Origin: an uncultured Chloroflexia bacterium
GTDB lineage: Bacteria > Chloroflexota > Limnocylindria > Limnocylindrales > CSP1-4
DNA: 64,000 nt
Reading direction: 5' to 3'
NCBI GenBank assembly: GCA_963720965.1
Contig: CAVRHD010000001.1
Span: forward strand, 19,703-83,702
Part shown: positions 30,096 through 39,920 of the stretch, piece by piece
Numbering within the stretch: position 1 is the stretch's first letter
Layout of the letters: the number at the start of each line of letters is the position of its first letter
The notes under the pieces: model-generated
Seen by the model: the letters and a program-made list of their open reading frames with translations, nothing else
Told to the model about the DNA's origin: nothing
The model's database searches: none
Position numbers and translations under genes: made by a program

Positions 30096-30932
30096 TCACT
30101 CGTCTTCGTTGACGCTCGGATCGATGCCCTCGGCGGCGGCCAGCTTGGGCTCCTTGCCCTTGGGCCAGTAGAGCTCTTTGCGGATCGACTCCTCGGCAAA
30201 GCCGAGCGACTGGAATGTCGCGTCGGCGTTCAGGATCATGTCGGGGTTGCCGCAGATGTAGGCAATCGCGTTGTCCGGGGTCAGCTCGAACTCGCGGCAG
30301 ACGTCCTCGAGGATCGCTTCGACCCGGCCCGTCCGGGCGGTCCAGCCGGCGTTGCGCGGATCGGCCGTCCGCGAGACGGTCGGAATGTACGTCACGGGGA
30401 ACCCGCCCGAGCGCTGCCAGCCCTCTACCAGGCTGCGGTAGCCCAGCTCCTCCTGGTAGGACACGCCGTTCAGGAACAGGGCCCGGCGTGGCGCGCCATC
30501 GATGATCAGGGTCCGAATCATCGACACGAATGGGGCGTTGCCCGTGCCCGACGAGATGAACAGGTGGCTCCGGTCGTCTCCGGGCTGAAGGGTGAACTTG
30601 CCCTTCGGCCCGATCAGGCGCATCCGGTGCCCGATCGGCAGCTCCCACAGCAAGGGCGTGAACTGGCCACCCTCGACCAGCCGGACGTACATCTCGTAGC
30701 CGTCGGCGGCCGTCCGCGGCGACGACGCCACCGAGTACGGACGCTGGACCATCCGGCCGCCGGCGATCACTCCGATCGTCATGTACTGGCCCGGCTCGAA
30801 CGCGAGTGGCTCGCCGTCCAGCCGGACGGTGAAGTAGCCGAGGCTGCTGGTCTCGTCCGTGCGAGCGACCAGGGTCGCGTTGTACTGGGGTGCGTCCGTC
30901 TCGACCAGGCGGACCTCGCTGGGCTCGAGCAT
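30096..30932 (-). CDS. Ferredoxin/flavodoxin-NADP reductase (Fpr-like)
   Basis: FEPGQY, RPYSVASSP, GQFTPLL, GPKGKF, SGTGNAPF, YICGNPDMI, ELYW. Confidence 0.9.
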   Translation of the reverse strand: MLEPSEVRLVETDAPQYNATLVARTDETSSLGYFTVRLDGEPLAFEPGQYMTIGVIAGGRMVQRPYSVASSPRTAADGYEMYVRLVEGGQFTPLLWELPIGHRMRLIGPKGKFTLQPGDDRSHLFISSGTGNAPFVSMIRTLIIDGAPRRALFLNGVSYQEELGYRSLVEGWQRSGGFPVTYIPTVSRTADPRNAGWTARTGRVEAILEDVCREFELTPDNAIAYICGNPDMILNADATFQSLGFAEESIRKELYWPKGKEPKLAAAEGIDPSVNEDE

Positions 30933-31033
30933 CAGCCGCCCGCCGCCGTCGTGAACAGCCACACGCCGAGGAGGATCCCGGCGAGCACGGCCACGACGGT
31001 CGCCCCGAGCAACCAGGCCGGCCGGATGCTCAT
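30932..31033 (-). CDS. 33-aa single-pass membrane peptide
   Basis: MSIRPAWLLGATVVAVLAGILLGVWLFTTAAGG*; ATGA overlap with the upstream gene and TGATG overlap with the reductase. Confidence 0.6.
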   Translation of the reverse strand: MSIRPAWLLGATVVAVLAGILLGVWLFTTAAGG

Positions 31034-31764
31034 GGGTGGCCCTCGATCAGGGCTCGCTTGGCCGCCGCGAACTCGTCGTCCGAGAGGTTGCCCTGTTGGT
31101 GGAGCGTCGTCAGGCGCTCGATCGCATCGACCATCTCGGTTCCGACCGGTCGGTCATGGCCTGCCTCACGCTCGGCCGCGGCCATCGAGCCGAACATGCC
31201 CGACGCCGAGAACGGATCATCCTGGCCGGCCGAGGAATCGAGAGGGCCGCCTGCGGCCCGGGTGCCGGAGCCGTCCCGGGTGGCGGAGCCATACGGCAGG
31301 TCGCGTCCCGCGCGCAGGGCGATCAGCGATGTCACCAGCGGGACGAGGCCCATGACCTCGAACATGATCCCAAGCAGGATGAAGATCACGCCCGCGCCGT
31401 CGGCGTCGGGGTCACCCAGCGCGGCGAAGCCGTACTGCAGGAAGTTGAAGCCGAGGCTGCAGAACAGGCCGACCCAGGCCAGGCCGGGCAGCGAGGCGTA
31501 GATCCCGCCGATCCTCGTCCCGGCGGCGATCGCCAGGAACACGAACAGGAGCCCGACCGGGATCGCCAGCGGCAGCAGCCAGGTGCCGTCGGGACACGGC
31601 GTGGCGATCACGTAGGGCCCGCCGCTGGCGCATTGGCCGCCCACGTCGAGGACGGCCCGCATCGCCAGGAAAGTGACGGTCAGTGCCGCGGCGATGCCGG
31701 CCATGGCCAGCAGGTACCCGACGATCGCCAGCCACGGCAGGCTCGAGCGGGCGGACGCGGTCAT
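31030..31764 (-). CDS. Membrane protein with C-terminal SHOCT domain
   Basis: Four TM helices, CASGGPYVIATPCP loop, IERLTTLHQQGNLSDDEFAAAKRALI. Confidence 0.85.
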   Translation of the reverse strand: MTASARSSLPWLAIVGYLLAMAGIAAALTVTFLAMRAVLDVGGQCASGGPYVIATPCPDGTWLLPLAIPVGLLFVFLAIAAGTRIGGIYASLPGLAWVGLFCSLGFNFLQYGFAALGDPDADGAGVIFILLGIMFEVMGLVPLVTSLIALRAGRDLPYGSATRDGSGTRAAGGPLDSSAGQDDPFSASGMFGSMAAAEREAGHDRPVGTEMVDAIERLTTLHQQGNLSDDEFAAAKRALIEGHP

Positions 31765-31780
31765 CCGGCGGTCGGGGCGC

Positions 31781-33205
31781 TCACGGCCGAAGCGCCGCGA
31801 GACGATCGAGGATCACCCGCCTGACGTGGTCGACCCCGACCCGTTCCTGGGTCATCGAGTCGCGATCCCGGATCGTGACGGCCCCGTCCTCGAGCGAGTC
31901 GACATCGACGGTCACGCACCACGGCGTGCCGATCTCGTCCTGGCGCCGGTAGAGCTTGCCGATCGCCGCCGTGTCGTCGTACACGGCCATCACGTCGCGC
32001 TTCAGGTCGTCCTTGATCTTGTGGCACAGCTCGACGATCTCGGGGCGCTTCTTCAGGAGCGGCAGGATCGCAACCTTGTACGGCGCGAGATCGGGGTGGA
32101 GGGCCAACGAGACCCGGGTCTCGCCCTTGACCTCCTCCTCGCGATAGGCATCGATCAGGAAGGTGAACGCCGCTCGATCCGCCCCGGCCGCGGTCTCGAC
32201 GATCCACGGGATGAAGTGCTCCTCGGTCGCCGGATCGAAGTACTCGAGGTTCTGGCCCGACGCCGCGGCATGGCGGGACAGGTCGAAGTCGCCCCGGTTG
32301 TGGATGCCCTCGAGCTCCTTCCAGCCGAACGGGAATCGATACTCGATGTCGACGGCCTTCTTGGCGTAATGGGCCAGCTCATCCGGGGCATGCTCGCGCA
32401 AACGGAGCCGGGCCGGGTCCACGCCGTAGGCCTCGTACCAGGCCCGGCGGCGGGGCAGCCACTCGTCGAAGGCCCTGACCGAGGCCGGTCCGCCGGGGTG
32501 GACGAAGTACTGCATCTCCATCTGCTCGAACTCGCGCATCCGAAACACGAAGTTGCCCGGGCTGATCTCGTTGCGGAAGCTCTTGCCAATCTGGGCGATC
32601 CCGAACGGGATTTTCTTGCGGCTCGATTCCCGGACGTTCTTGAAGTTCACGTACGAGCCCTGGGCCGTCTCGGGCCGGAAGTAGATCACCGACGACTCGT
32701 CCTGGACCGGGCCCATGTTGGTCTGGAACATCAGGTTGAACTGGCGCGGCGCCGACAGCGGCCCGGCGTCATTGGGACAGACCAGGTGGTGGCTCTCGAT
32801 CACGGCCGGGTCGGCCAGCTCGGCGACCGTGAGGCCTTCCGCTCCGGGAAGCTCGTCGAGGCGGTAGCGCCGATGGCAGGTGGCGCATTCGACCAGCGGG
32901 TCCGAGAACGAGCCGACATGGCCCGAGGTCACCCATACCTGGGGATGCATCAGGATCCCGGCGTCGAGCCCGACGATGTCGTCGCGATCCTGGACCATCG
33001 CCCGCCACCAGGCCCGTTTCACGTTGTTCTTCAGCTCGACGCCGAGCGGCCCGTAGTCCCACACGGCGTTGATCCCGCCGTAGATCTCCGAGCTGGGAAA
33101 GACGAATCCGCGCCGCTTGCTGAGCGAGACGATCGTGTCGAGGCTGGCGACAGCCGGCGCGACGGCGTTCGGATCCGGCGCCGAGACGCTCCGAGGGTTG
33201 GTCAC
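31781..33205 (-). CDS. glyQS: Glycine--tRNA ligase (homodimeric type)
   Basis: KRRGFVFPSSEIYGG, FRPETAQG, GIAQIGKSFRNEI, REFEQMEM, IGKLYRRQDEIGTP. Confidence 0.96.
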   Translation of the reverse strand: MTNPRSVSAPDPNAVAPAVASLDTIVSLSKRRGFVFPSSEIYGGINAVWDYGPLGVELKNNVKRAWWRAMVQDRDDIVGLDAGILMHPQVWVTSGHVGSFSDPLVECATCHRRYRLDELPGAEGLTVAELADPAVIESHHLVCPNDAGPLSAPRQFNLMFQTNMGPVQDESSVIYFRPETAQGSYVNFKNVRESSRKKIPFGIAQIGKSFRNEISPGNFVFRMREFEQMEMQYFVHPGGPASVRAFDEWLPRRRAWYEAYGVDPARLRLREHAPDELAHYAKKAVDIEYRFPFGWKELEGIHNRGDFDLSRHAAASGQNLEYFDPATEEHFIPWIVETAAGADRAAFTFLIDAYREEEVKGETRVSLALHPDLAPYKVAILPLLKKRPEIVELCHKIKDDLKRDVMAVYDDTAAIGKLYRRQDEIGTPWCVTVDVDSLEDGAVTIRDRDSMTQERVGVDHVRRVILDRLAALRP

Positions 33206-33214
33206 CCGGCGAGT

Positions 33215-33649
33215 CTAGCCGAGCCGCAGGCGGGTCGGCCGGATGCGGATCGGGTCGGGATAGTCGCGCGAGAACGATTCGGGCGTCCAGCCGTAGGCCC
33301 TGATCTTGCCGCCGTACTTGGCGACATACGCCGGATTGGCCGATGCGGGCGGCGCGCCGGGCTCGAGCCTGGCCTCGCCCTCGAAGGTGACGATGCCGTC
33401 GCCCTGGTCGTCGCTGTTGAGGTGGATCGAGACGTGCCCGTTCGCGGCCACGTTGCGGGCTCGCGGTGCGCCGGCCCGGCTGAAGACGAGGAACTCCCCA
33501 TCCGCCCACAGGAACCAGACCGCCGAGCTCTGGAGCCGGCCGTCGGCGGTGATCGTGGTCAGCCATGCCACGACCTCGCTGTCGAGCCGGGCCAGGACGG
33601 CCCGGCCGGCCTCGGTGGCGGGATCGGGCATGACGCTGGGCGTCGTCAT
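33215..33649 (-). CDS. PPOX-class probable F420-dependent oxidoreductase (Rv3369-like)
   Basis: VAWLTT..DGRLQSSAVWFLW, ARNVAAN.HVSIHL, YVAKY, IRIRP. Confidence 0.8.
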   Translation of the reverse strand: MTTPSVMPDPATEAGRAVLARLDSEVVAWLTTITADGRLQSSAVWFLWADGEFLVFSRAGAPRARNVAANGHVSIHLNSDDQGDGIVTFEGEARLEPGAPPASANPAYVAKYGGKIRAYGWTPESFSRDYPDPIRIRPTRLRLG

Positions 33650-34467
33650 CGGCGGGCCTCCACGGCTAGTGCTGGATCAGGCGTCGAGCGGGCCGGCCGA
33701 CGGCCGGGTCCGGCCCGGACCATGTCCAGGAAGGGCAGCGAGCGGGCGTCGCGCTCGAGGCTGAACCGGACGAAGTCGCGCATCGCGGCCTCGACCTCAC
33801 GCTCGGCGGGGACCGGGACCCGGAGGGCCGCGATCGCTGCGATGTCGAGGCGCTGGTAGGCCTTGAGCAGCTTGAGGCCGTCGAGGCTGAGGCCGGTCCG
33901 CTCGGCCGGCGGTCCCGGGTCCCGCCCGCACAACACGCCGCCGAGCGGCGGGACCCAGCGGAAGGTGTCCTCCGGCTCGAGCATCCGGTCACACTCGACG
34001 CAGCGGTCGACCTCGGGCCGCATGCCCAGCTCATCGGTCAGGTGCATCTCGTACCAGCGCGCGACCCGGCCGGGCTGCATCCCCGCGTCGAGCAGCTCGT
34101 AGGCCCGCTTGAGGAGCGTGTAGAGCGGCTCGGCCGGGTGGCGCTCCTCGAGCGAGCGGTCGGCCAGCTCCGCCAGGTACCAGGCGGTGGCCGTCGACTC
34201 GAGCGAGTCGCGCAGGGCCAGCCAGGCATGTCCGACGCTGACCTGGGTGACCACGTCGAAGGTCCGGCCGTGGGCCAGCTGGAGGCGCAGCTCGGCGAAC
34301 GGCTCGACGCTGCCACCAAGCCGGCTGGTCGGCCGCCGGACGCCCTTGGCGATCGCTTTGAGCTTGCCGTCGTGCGGGGTGATCAGGGTCAGCACCCGGT
34401 CGGCCTCGCCCAGGTCGAACCGGGACAGGACGATCGCGTCGGTCGACCACAGGCGCTTCACGGGCAT
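33646..34467 (-). CDS. recO: DNA repair protein RecO
   Basis: AIVL...LGEADRVLTL.T...GKLKAIAKGVRRP.SRLGG; CVEC...GGVLC. Confidence 0.95.
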   Translation of the reverse strand: MPVKRLWSTDAIVLSRFDLGEADRVLTLITPHDGKLKAIAKGVRRPTSRLGGSVEPFAELRLQLAHGRTFDVVTQVSVGHAWLALRDSLESTATAWYLAELADRSLEERHPAEPLYTLLKRAYELLDAGMQPGRVARWYEMHLTDELGMRPEVDRCVECDRMLEPEDTFRWVPPLGGVLCGRDPGPPAERTGLSLDGLKLLKAYQRLDIAAIAALRVPVPAEREVEAAMRDFVRFSLERDARSLPFLDMVRAGPGRRPARSTPDPALAVEARR

Positions 34468-34570
34468 GCCGTCACGGTAGCATCGGAGGCGCCAGCCGGT
34501 GGCGCAAAGCGGGTTTGGCTGTCAACCCGCTACCGGAAGCGTGCACGTTCGCGTGTACACTCAGGCGGCG

Positions 34571-35593
34571 ATGACCGTGACCCGCCCAGAGCTCGACCTG
34601 CCCACCCTGATCGCCGCGACCGAGGACGAGATCCTGGCCCTGGTCGGCGATCGTGACCCGTCGACCCGGGGCATGTACGAGATGGTCCGCTACCACCTCG
34701 GCCTCGACGGCAGCGGCTCGGCCGGCAAGCGGATGCGGCCCCTCCTGGGCCTCCTTGCCTACGCCTCGATCACGGGCACGTACGAGCGGGCCCTGCCGGG
34801 GGCGGCCGCGGTCGAGCTCGGCCACAACTTCAGCCTGATCCACGATGACATCGAGGACGCCGACCTCGAGCGCCGGCATCGGCCGACCCTGTGGTCGCTG
34901 CACGGCATTCCCCAGGCGATCAACACCGGCGACGCCGTGTTCGTCCTCAGCCGGATCGCCCTCCATCGCCTGACCGCGCTCGGCTTCAGCGACCACAAGG
35001 TGCTCCGCCTGATGCGCCTCTACGACGAAACCTGCCTGGCGTTGTGCGAGGGCCAGTACATCGACATCTGGACGTCCGGCCACGACGACCCGATGACGGT
35101 CGAGCTGTACTTCGACATGATCGGCCGAAAGACCGCCGCCCTGATCTCGGCCGCGATCGAGGCCGGGGCGCTCCTGGCGACCGATGACGAGGCCGTCATC
35201 AGTCGCTACCGGGCCTTCGGCTGGGCCCTCGGGCTGGCGTTCCAGCTGAACGACGACCTGCTCGGCATCTGGGGTGACGAGTCGGCCACGGGCAAGGCTC
35301 CCAGTGACATCGCCAAGCACAAGAAGACACTCCCGATCGTGTACGCCTTCGCCCAGGCCGGAGCGGTCGACCGGGCCCGCCTCGGGGCGGTCTATCGCGA
35401 CCCGGATCCGACGCCCGCCGATGTCGCCGAGGTCGTGGCGATCCTGGAACGCACCGGCGCCCGGACCTATACCCGCGACCAGGCCCACCACCACCGCGAT
35501 CGGGCGCTGGCCGAGCTCGCCGCGGCCGGCACGGTCGACCAGGCCGCCCGGGATCGCCTGGAGGCGATCATCGAGTCGGTGATCAGCGCCTGA
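34571..35593 (+). CDS. Polyprenyl diphosphate synthase (GGPP synthase-like)
   Basis: GKRMRP, HNFSLIHDDIED, RRHRPT, GQYID, KTAAL, FQLNDDLLG, KKTLP. Confidence 0.93.
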   Translation: MTVTRPELDLPTLIAATEDEILALVGDRDPSTRGMYEMVRYHLGLDGSGSAGKRMRPLLGLLAYASITGTYERALPGAAAVELGHNFSLIHDDIEDADLERRHRPTLWSLHGIPQAINTGDAVFVLSRIALHRLTALGFSDHKVLRLMRLYDETCLALCEGQYIDIWTSGHDDPMTVELYFDMIGRKTAALISAAIEAGALLATDDEAVISRYRAFGWALGLAFQLNDDLLGIWGDESATGKAPSDIAKHKKTLPIVYAFAQAGAVDRARLGAVYRDPDPTPADVAEVVAILERTGARTYTRDQAHHHRDRALAELAAAGTVDQAARDRLEAIIESVISA

Positions 35594-35596
35594 CGG

Positions 35597-36931
35597 TCAG
35601 CGATCGTCCCCGTCGTCCGGGTCGTCGTCGGGATCGCGCCGGCGGACGGCCAGGACCTTCCCGACCCGCCGGCCGTCGGTCGTCTCGACGGTCAGGTTGA
35701 GCCCATCCAGCCGGACTTCGTCGCCTGGCCGCGGGACGTGGCCGAGGCGATGGAAGATCAGCCCGCCCACGGTGTCGTACTCGTCGGCGTCCTCGAGCAT
35801 GAGCGGAATCTCGAAGATCTCGGCGAGCTCGTCGACGTCGACCCGGCCGTCGATCCGGGCCTCGTCCGGTGACAGGCGGACGACCAGGGGCTCCTCGACG
35901 TCGTACTCGTCCTGGATCTCTCCGACGATCTCCTCGAGCAGGTCCTCGATCGTCAGCAGGCCCGCCGTGCCGCCGTATTCATCGAGCACGATCGCGATGT
36001 GGACCTTGCGCCGCTGGAACTCGTGGAGCAGGTCGTCGATGGACATCGACTCGGGCACGAACAGCGGCGCGCGGAGCAACGAGCGCACCGTCGGCCGGGC
36101 ATCGGTCCCGATCTTGAGGACGGGCAGGAGGTCCTTGGCGTAGATGATCCCGAGGACCTCATCGATCAATTCTTCGTAGATCGGGATCCGGCTGTGGCCC
36201 GCCTCGACGAGCAGGTCGATCGCCTCGTCGAGGGTGGCCGAGGCAGGCAGGGCCACGATCGCAATCCGGGGCACCATCACCTCGTGCAGGCGGCGGTCGC
36301 CGAGCTCGATGACCGCGTTGATCATCTGTTCCTCTTCGGCCTCGAGGATGCCCTGCTCGCCACCCCGCTCGACGATCAGCTTGAGCTCCTCGGCCGTCAT
36401 CTGGGCTTCGCTGGACATGCTCACCCCGAGCAGCCGGGTGATCCCGCTGGTCACCCGGGTGAGGAACCACACGATCGGCCCGAACACCCGGGCGATCCAC
36501 TCGACCGGGCCGGCCACCAGCATTGCCAGACGCTCGGCATAGGCCAGCCCGATCGACTTGGGCACGAGCTCGCCGAAGACGATCGTGAACAGGGCCAGGA
36601 GCACGGTCACGATCAGCAGAGCAACGCCGTCGGCGCTGCCGCCGATCGCCGGGATCGTGCGCAGGTTGTCGGCCAGCTTGCTGCTCAGGTTGACCGCCGC
36701 GTAGGCCGAGGCGAAGAAGCCGAGGACGGTCAGCCCGAGCTGGACGACAGCCAGGAAGCGACCAGGCTCGTCCTTCAGCCGGCGCACCCGGCGAGCCCGG
36801 CGATTGCCCTCCTCGGCCAGCTGGTCGAGCCGGCTCCGGCGGATCGAGATGATCGAGATCTCGGCCGAGACGAAGAAGCCCTGCAACAGCGTCAGGACGA
36901 TGATGACCAGCAGCTCGGTCAGGCCGGTCAC
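35597..36931 (-). CDS. Hemolysin/CorC-family protein (DUF21-CBS-CorC)
   Basis: FFVSAEI, FGELVPKSI, VMVPR, GHSRIP, DEYGGTAGLLTIEDLLEEIVGEI, TVGG. Confidence 0.93.
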   Translation of the reverse strand: MTGLTELLVIIVLTLLQGFFVSAEISIISIRRSRLDQLAEEGNRRARRVRRLKDEPGRFLAVVQLGLTVLGFFASAYAAVNLSSKLADNLRTIPAIGGSADGVALLIVTVLLALFTIVFGELVPKSIGLAYAERLAMLVAGPVEWIARVFGPIVWFLTRVTSGITRLLGVSMSSEAQMTAEELKLIVERGGEQGILEAEEEQMINAVIELGDRRLHEVMVPRIAIVALPASATLDEAIDLLVEAGHSRIPIYEELIDEVLGIIYAKDLLPVLKIGTDARPTVRSLLRAPLFVPESMSIDDLLHEFQRRKVHIAIVLDEYGGTAGLLTIEDLLEEIVGEIQDEYDVEEPLVVRLSPDEARIDGRVDVDELAEIFEIPLMLEDADEYDTVGGLIFHRLGHVPRPGDEVRLDGLNLTVETTDGRRVGKVLAVRRRDPDDDPDDGDDR

Positions 36932-38367
36932 CCGGGCGGCGCCTCCTCTGGCTCCGGCCGCGGGTCGCGCAGGCGGGCCGGCACGCCAACCGCCAGCTTG
37001 CCCGCCGGCACGTCCCGGTTGACTACGGCTCCGGCCCCCGTCCGGGCACCCGGGCCGATCTCGACCGGGGCGATGAGCATGGTGTCCACCCCGATGAAGG
37101 CATCCGCGCCGATCGTCGTGCGCTTCTTGCGGCGGCCGTCGTAGTTGGCGGTGATCGTGCCCGCGCCGATGTTGGTCCGGGCACCAACCGTGGCGTCGCC
37201 CAGGTAGCTCATGTGGTGCTGCTGGACGCCGGCCTCGAGGCGACTGTTCTTGACCTCGGCGTAGTTGCCCAGCTTGGCCCCCCGGCCGATCGAGCTGCCC
37301 GGCCGGAGATGTGCAAACGGCCCGATCTGGACCTCGTCCTCGACCTCGGACGACTCGAGCACGCTCGCCCGGATCAGGCAGTCACTCCCGACGATCGTGT
37401 CGACCAGCTGGCTGCCCGCCCCGATAACCGTGCCGCTCCCGATGCGGGTCGAGCCGCGCAGGATCACGTTCGGCTCGAGGGTCACGTCGGCCGCCAGGAC
37501 GACGGTCGCGTCGATGTGGGCCGTGGTCGGGTCGTACATGGTCACCCCGGCCAGCAGGTGACGCTCGTTGATCCTCGCCTGGAGCGCGAAGGTGGCCTCG
37601 GCCAGCTGGGCTCGGTCGTTGATCCCGTCGAGCGAGCCGTCGTCGCCGACCTGGATCGAGCCCACCGTCCGGCCGTCGGCCCGGGCAAGGCCGACGAGCT
37701 CGGTGAGATAGACCTCGCCCGAGGCCGCCGAGGGCGACAGGTCGGCGATCCGCCGGCGGACCCAGGCCGCGTCGAAGGCGTATAGCCCGCTGTTGACCTC
37801 GTCGATCTCGAGCTCGTCGTCGGTCGCGTCGCGGGCCTCGACGATCCGCTCGACCTCACCCTCGTCATCGCGCACGACCCGGCCGAGACGACCCGGGTCG
37901 GTGGTCAAGACGGTGACCAGGGATACGGCGGCGACGGCCTCCCGATGGGCCTCGAGGAGCGCATCGAGCAGGTCGACCTCGACCAGGGGCACGTCTCCGG
38001 ACAGGACCAGCAGGTCGCTGACCGCGGCCGCCGCCCGGCTCGATCGCTTCGTCCGCCCCGCCGCCCCGCCGCCCTCGTCCAGGACGGCCAGCGCCGCCGC
38101 CAGCGCATCCCCGGTGCCGCGGGGCTCGGCCTGGCGGGCCGGATCGGCCCGACCCGCGACGGCGTCGCGCACGGCCTCCACCGGCGGCGACCAGACCACG
38201 ATGGGACGAGCGCCGGTCGCAGCATCGGCGGCGTCGAGGACGTACTCGATCATGGGCCGGCCGCAGATCGGATGGAGGACCTTGGGCAGCCGCGATTTCA
38301 TGCGCGTGCCGAGTCCCGCGGCGAGGACGATTGCTCGTGTGCGCGCGAGCTTCGGTTGGGGTGTCAT
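36928..38367 (-). CDS. glmU: Bifunctional UDP-GlcNAc pyrophosphorylase/acetyltransferase
   Basis: LAAGLGTRMKSRLPKVLH, GDVP, NSGLY, GPFAHLRP, HMSYLGDA, NYDG. Confidence 0.96.
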   Translation of the reverse strand: MTPQPKLARTRAIVLAAGLGTRMKSRLPKVLHPICGRPMIEYVLDAADAATGARPIVVWSPPVEAVRDAVAGRADPARQAEPRGTGDALAAALAVLDEGGGAAGRTKRSSRAAAAVSDLLVLSGDVPLVEVDLLDALLEAHREAVAAVSLVTVLTTDPGRLGRVVRDDEGEVERIVEARDATDDELEIDEVNSGLYAFDAAWVRRRIADLSPSAASGEVYLTELVGLARADGRTVGSIQVGDDGSLDGINDRAQLAEATFALQARINERHLLAGVTMYDPTTAHIDATVVLAADVTLEPNVILRGSTRIGSGTVIGAGSQLVDTIVGSDCLIRASVLESSEVEDEVQIGPFAHLRPGSSIGRGAKLGNYAEVKNSRLEAGVQQHHMSYLGDATVGARTNIGAGTITANYDGRRKKRTTIGADAFIGVDTMLIAPVEIGPGARTGAGAVVNRDVPAGKLAVGVPARLRDPRPEPEEAPPG

Positions 38368-38426
38368 GCGTTGGGCGAGCGTAGGGGCCGTCCAGCGGGG
38401 GTGTCAACCAAACGAGCCGGCCGGGA

Positions 38427-38813
38427 TCAGGCCGGCCTGCCGGCGATCAGCTCGATCTCGACCCGGGCACCCTTGGGCAGGGCGGTCACGCCGATCGTCG
38501 AGCGAGCCGGCGGCGGATCCGGCATGTAGCGCCCGTAGACCGCGTTCATCGCCGCAAAGTCGTTGATGTCGACCAGGAAGACAGTCGTCTTGATGACGTC
38601 GGCCATCGTTCGGCCGGCGGCTGCCAGGACGGCCGTCAGGTTGTCCAGGACGCGAGCGGTCTGGGTCGCGATGTCGCCCTCGACCAGCGTGCCGGTCGAG
38701 GGCTCGAGGTGAATTTGGCCGGAGCAGAACAACAGGTCGCCGGAGGCAATGGCCTGGCTGTACGGACCGACCGCGGCCGGGGCGTCGGTGGTGGCGATGG
38801 CCTGGCGATCCAT
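38427..38813 (-). CDS. RidA/YjgF family enamine deaminase
   Basis: APAAVGPYSQA, SGQI, KTTVFL, PPARS, LPKGARVEIE. Confidence 0.93.
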   Translation of the reverse strand: MDRQAIATTDAPAAVGPYSQAIASGDLLFCSGQIHLEPSTGTLVEGDIATQTARVLDNLTAVLAAAGRTMADVIKTTVFLVDINDFAAMNAVYGRYMPDPPPARSTIGVTALPKGARVEIELIAGRPA

Positions 38814-38887
38814 GAGGGCGCTCTCCTGTTGTCCGACTGGGCGGGGCTGCGCCTATCTTGGCAGGAGAGGTCGCATCCGATTCGGCC

Positions 38888-39910
38888 TCAGGCAGGGGCG
38901 GGCGGATCGTCGGAGGCGGCCTCGCTCACGATCGTCGTGGCCATGACGAATGGCGGCCGATCGCCCGGCGAGGCGAGCGAGCCGTCGGCCAGGGCGCCGC
39001 GCACGACCACCTCGGCCTGGCGGGCTTCGGCCTGCGACGGGTACATGATCCACAAGGTTGGCCCCGAACCGGACAACCCGACCGGACGACCGGTCAGCCG
39101 GACCAGGGCGCGCCGGAAGGGCAAGATCGCCGGGACCAGCATGATCGTGGCCGGCAGGAGATCATTGGCCGCGGCCAGGATTCCAGCCCGATCGTGCAGG
39201 ATCCGCGCCGTCACACCCCGCTGGAGCTCACTCGCAAGGTGCTCGGACGTGGTCCGGGTGGCACCGTTGAGCGCTGTCCCGGCGGCCGCCAGGGCGGCGA
39301 ATACGGCGCCGGTCGGGACGGTCAGGCCGGCGGTGACCAGGAGGATCCCAGGTGGCTCGCCCCGGATCGCGTTGGGCAACGCGCTCACTCGTTCCCCGCG
39401 GCCCTCCACGACGGCGACGCCGCCGGCCAGGAAGAAGGGCACGTCTGAGCCGAGGCGCGCCGCGAGCCGGTCCCGCTCGTCGGGTGACAGGACTTGCCCG
39501 CCCGGCGCGCCCCATGCCTCGAGCGCCGCGTCGATGGCCGCGGCCGCATCGCTGCTCCCGCCGCCCAGGCCGGCCGCGATCGGGATCCGCTTGTCCAGCC
39601 GGGCGGCGAGGGCGGGCGTCGGCAGGGCTCCCCCGACGGCTGCCCGGGCCACTGCGATCGCGCGCAGGACCAGGTTGTCGTCGGGCGGCCCGAGGGCGGC
39701 CCGATCGGCCGGCCCGGCCGCAACGTGGAGGGTGTCGGCCGGGCCGGCCGCCGGGGCGACGGACAGCCGGTCGGCCAGGGCCAGGGGCGCCATGACCGAG
39801 TGCAGCGCGTGGTAGCCGTCCGGTCGGCGGCCGACGATCGCCAGGGTCAGGTTGAGCTTCGCCGGGGCCAGCCGGACCGCCGGCCCGAGGGATCGATTCG
39901 AGCCCGTCAT
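38888..39910 (-). CDS. ispE: 4-diphosphocytidyl-2-C-methyl-D-erythritol kinase
   Basis: APAKLNLTL, DGYHAL, NLVLRA, KRIPIAAGLGGGSSDAA, LGSDVPFF, SGSGPT. Confidence 0.93.
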   Translation of the reverse strand: MTGSNRSLGPAVRLAPAKLNLTLAIVGRRPDGYHALHSVMAPLALADRLSVAPAAGPADTLHVAAGPADRAALGPPDDNLVLRAIAVARAAVGGALPTPALAARLDKRIPIAAGLGGGSSDAAAAIDAALEAWGAPGGQVLSPDERDRLAARLGSDVPFFLAGGVAVVEGRGERVSALPNAIRGEPPGILLVTAGLTVPTGAVFAALAAAGTALNGATRTTSEHLASELQRGVTARILHDRAGILAAANDLLPATIMLVPAILPFRRALVRLTGRPVGLSGSGPTLWIMYPSQAEARQAEVVVRGALADGSLASPGDRPPFVMATTIVSEAASDDPPAPA

Positions 39911-39920
39911 GGCAGGCCGA

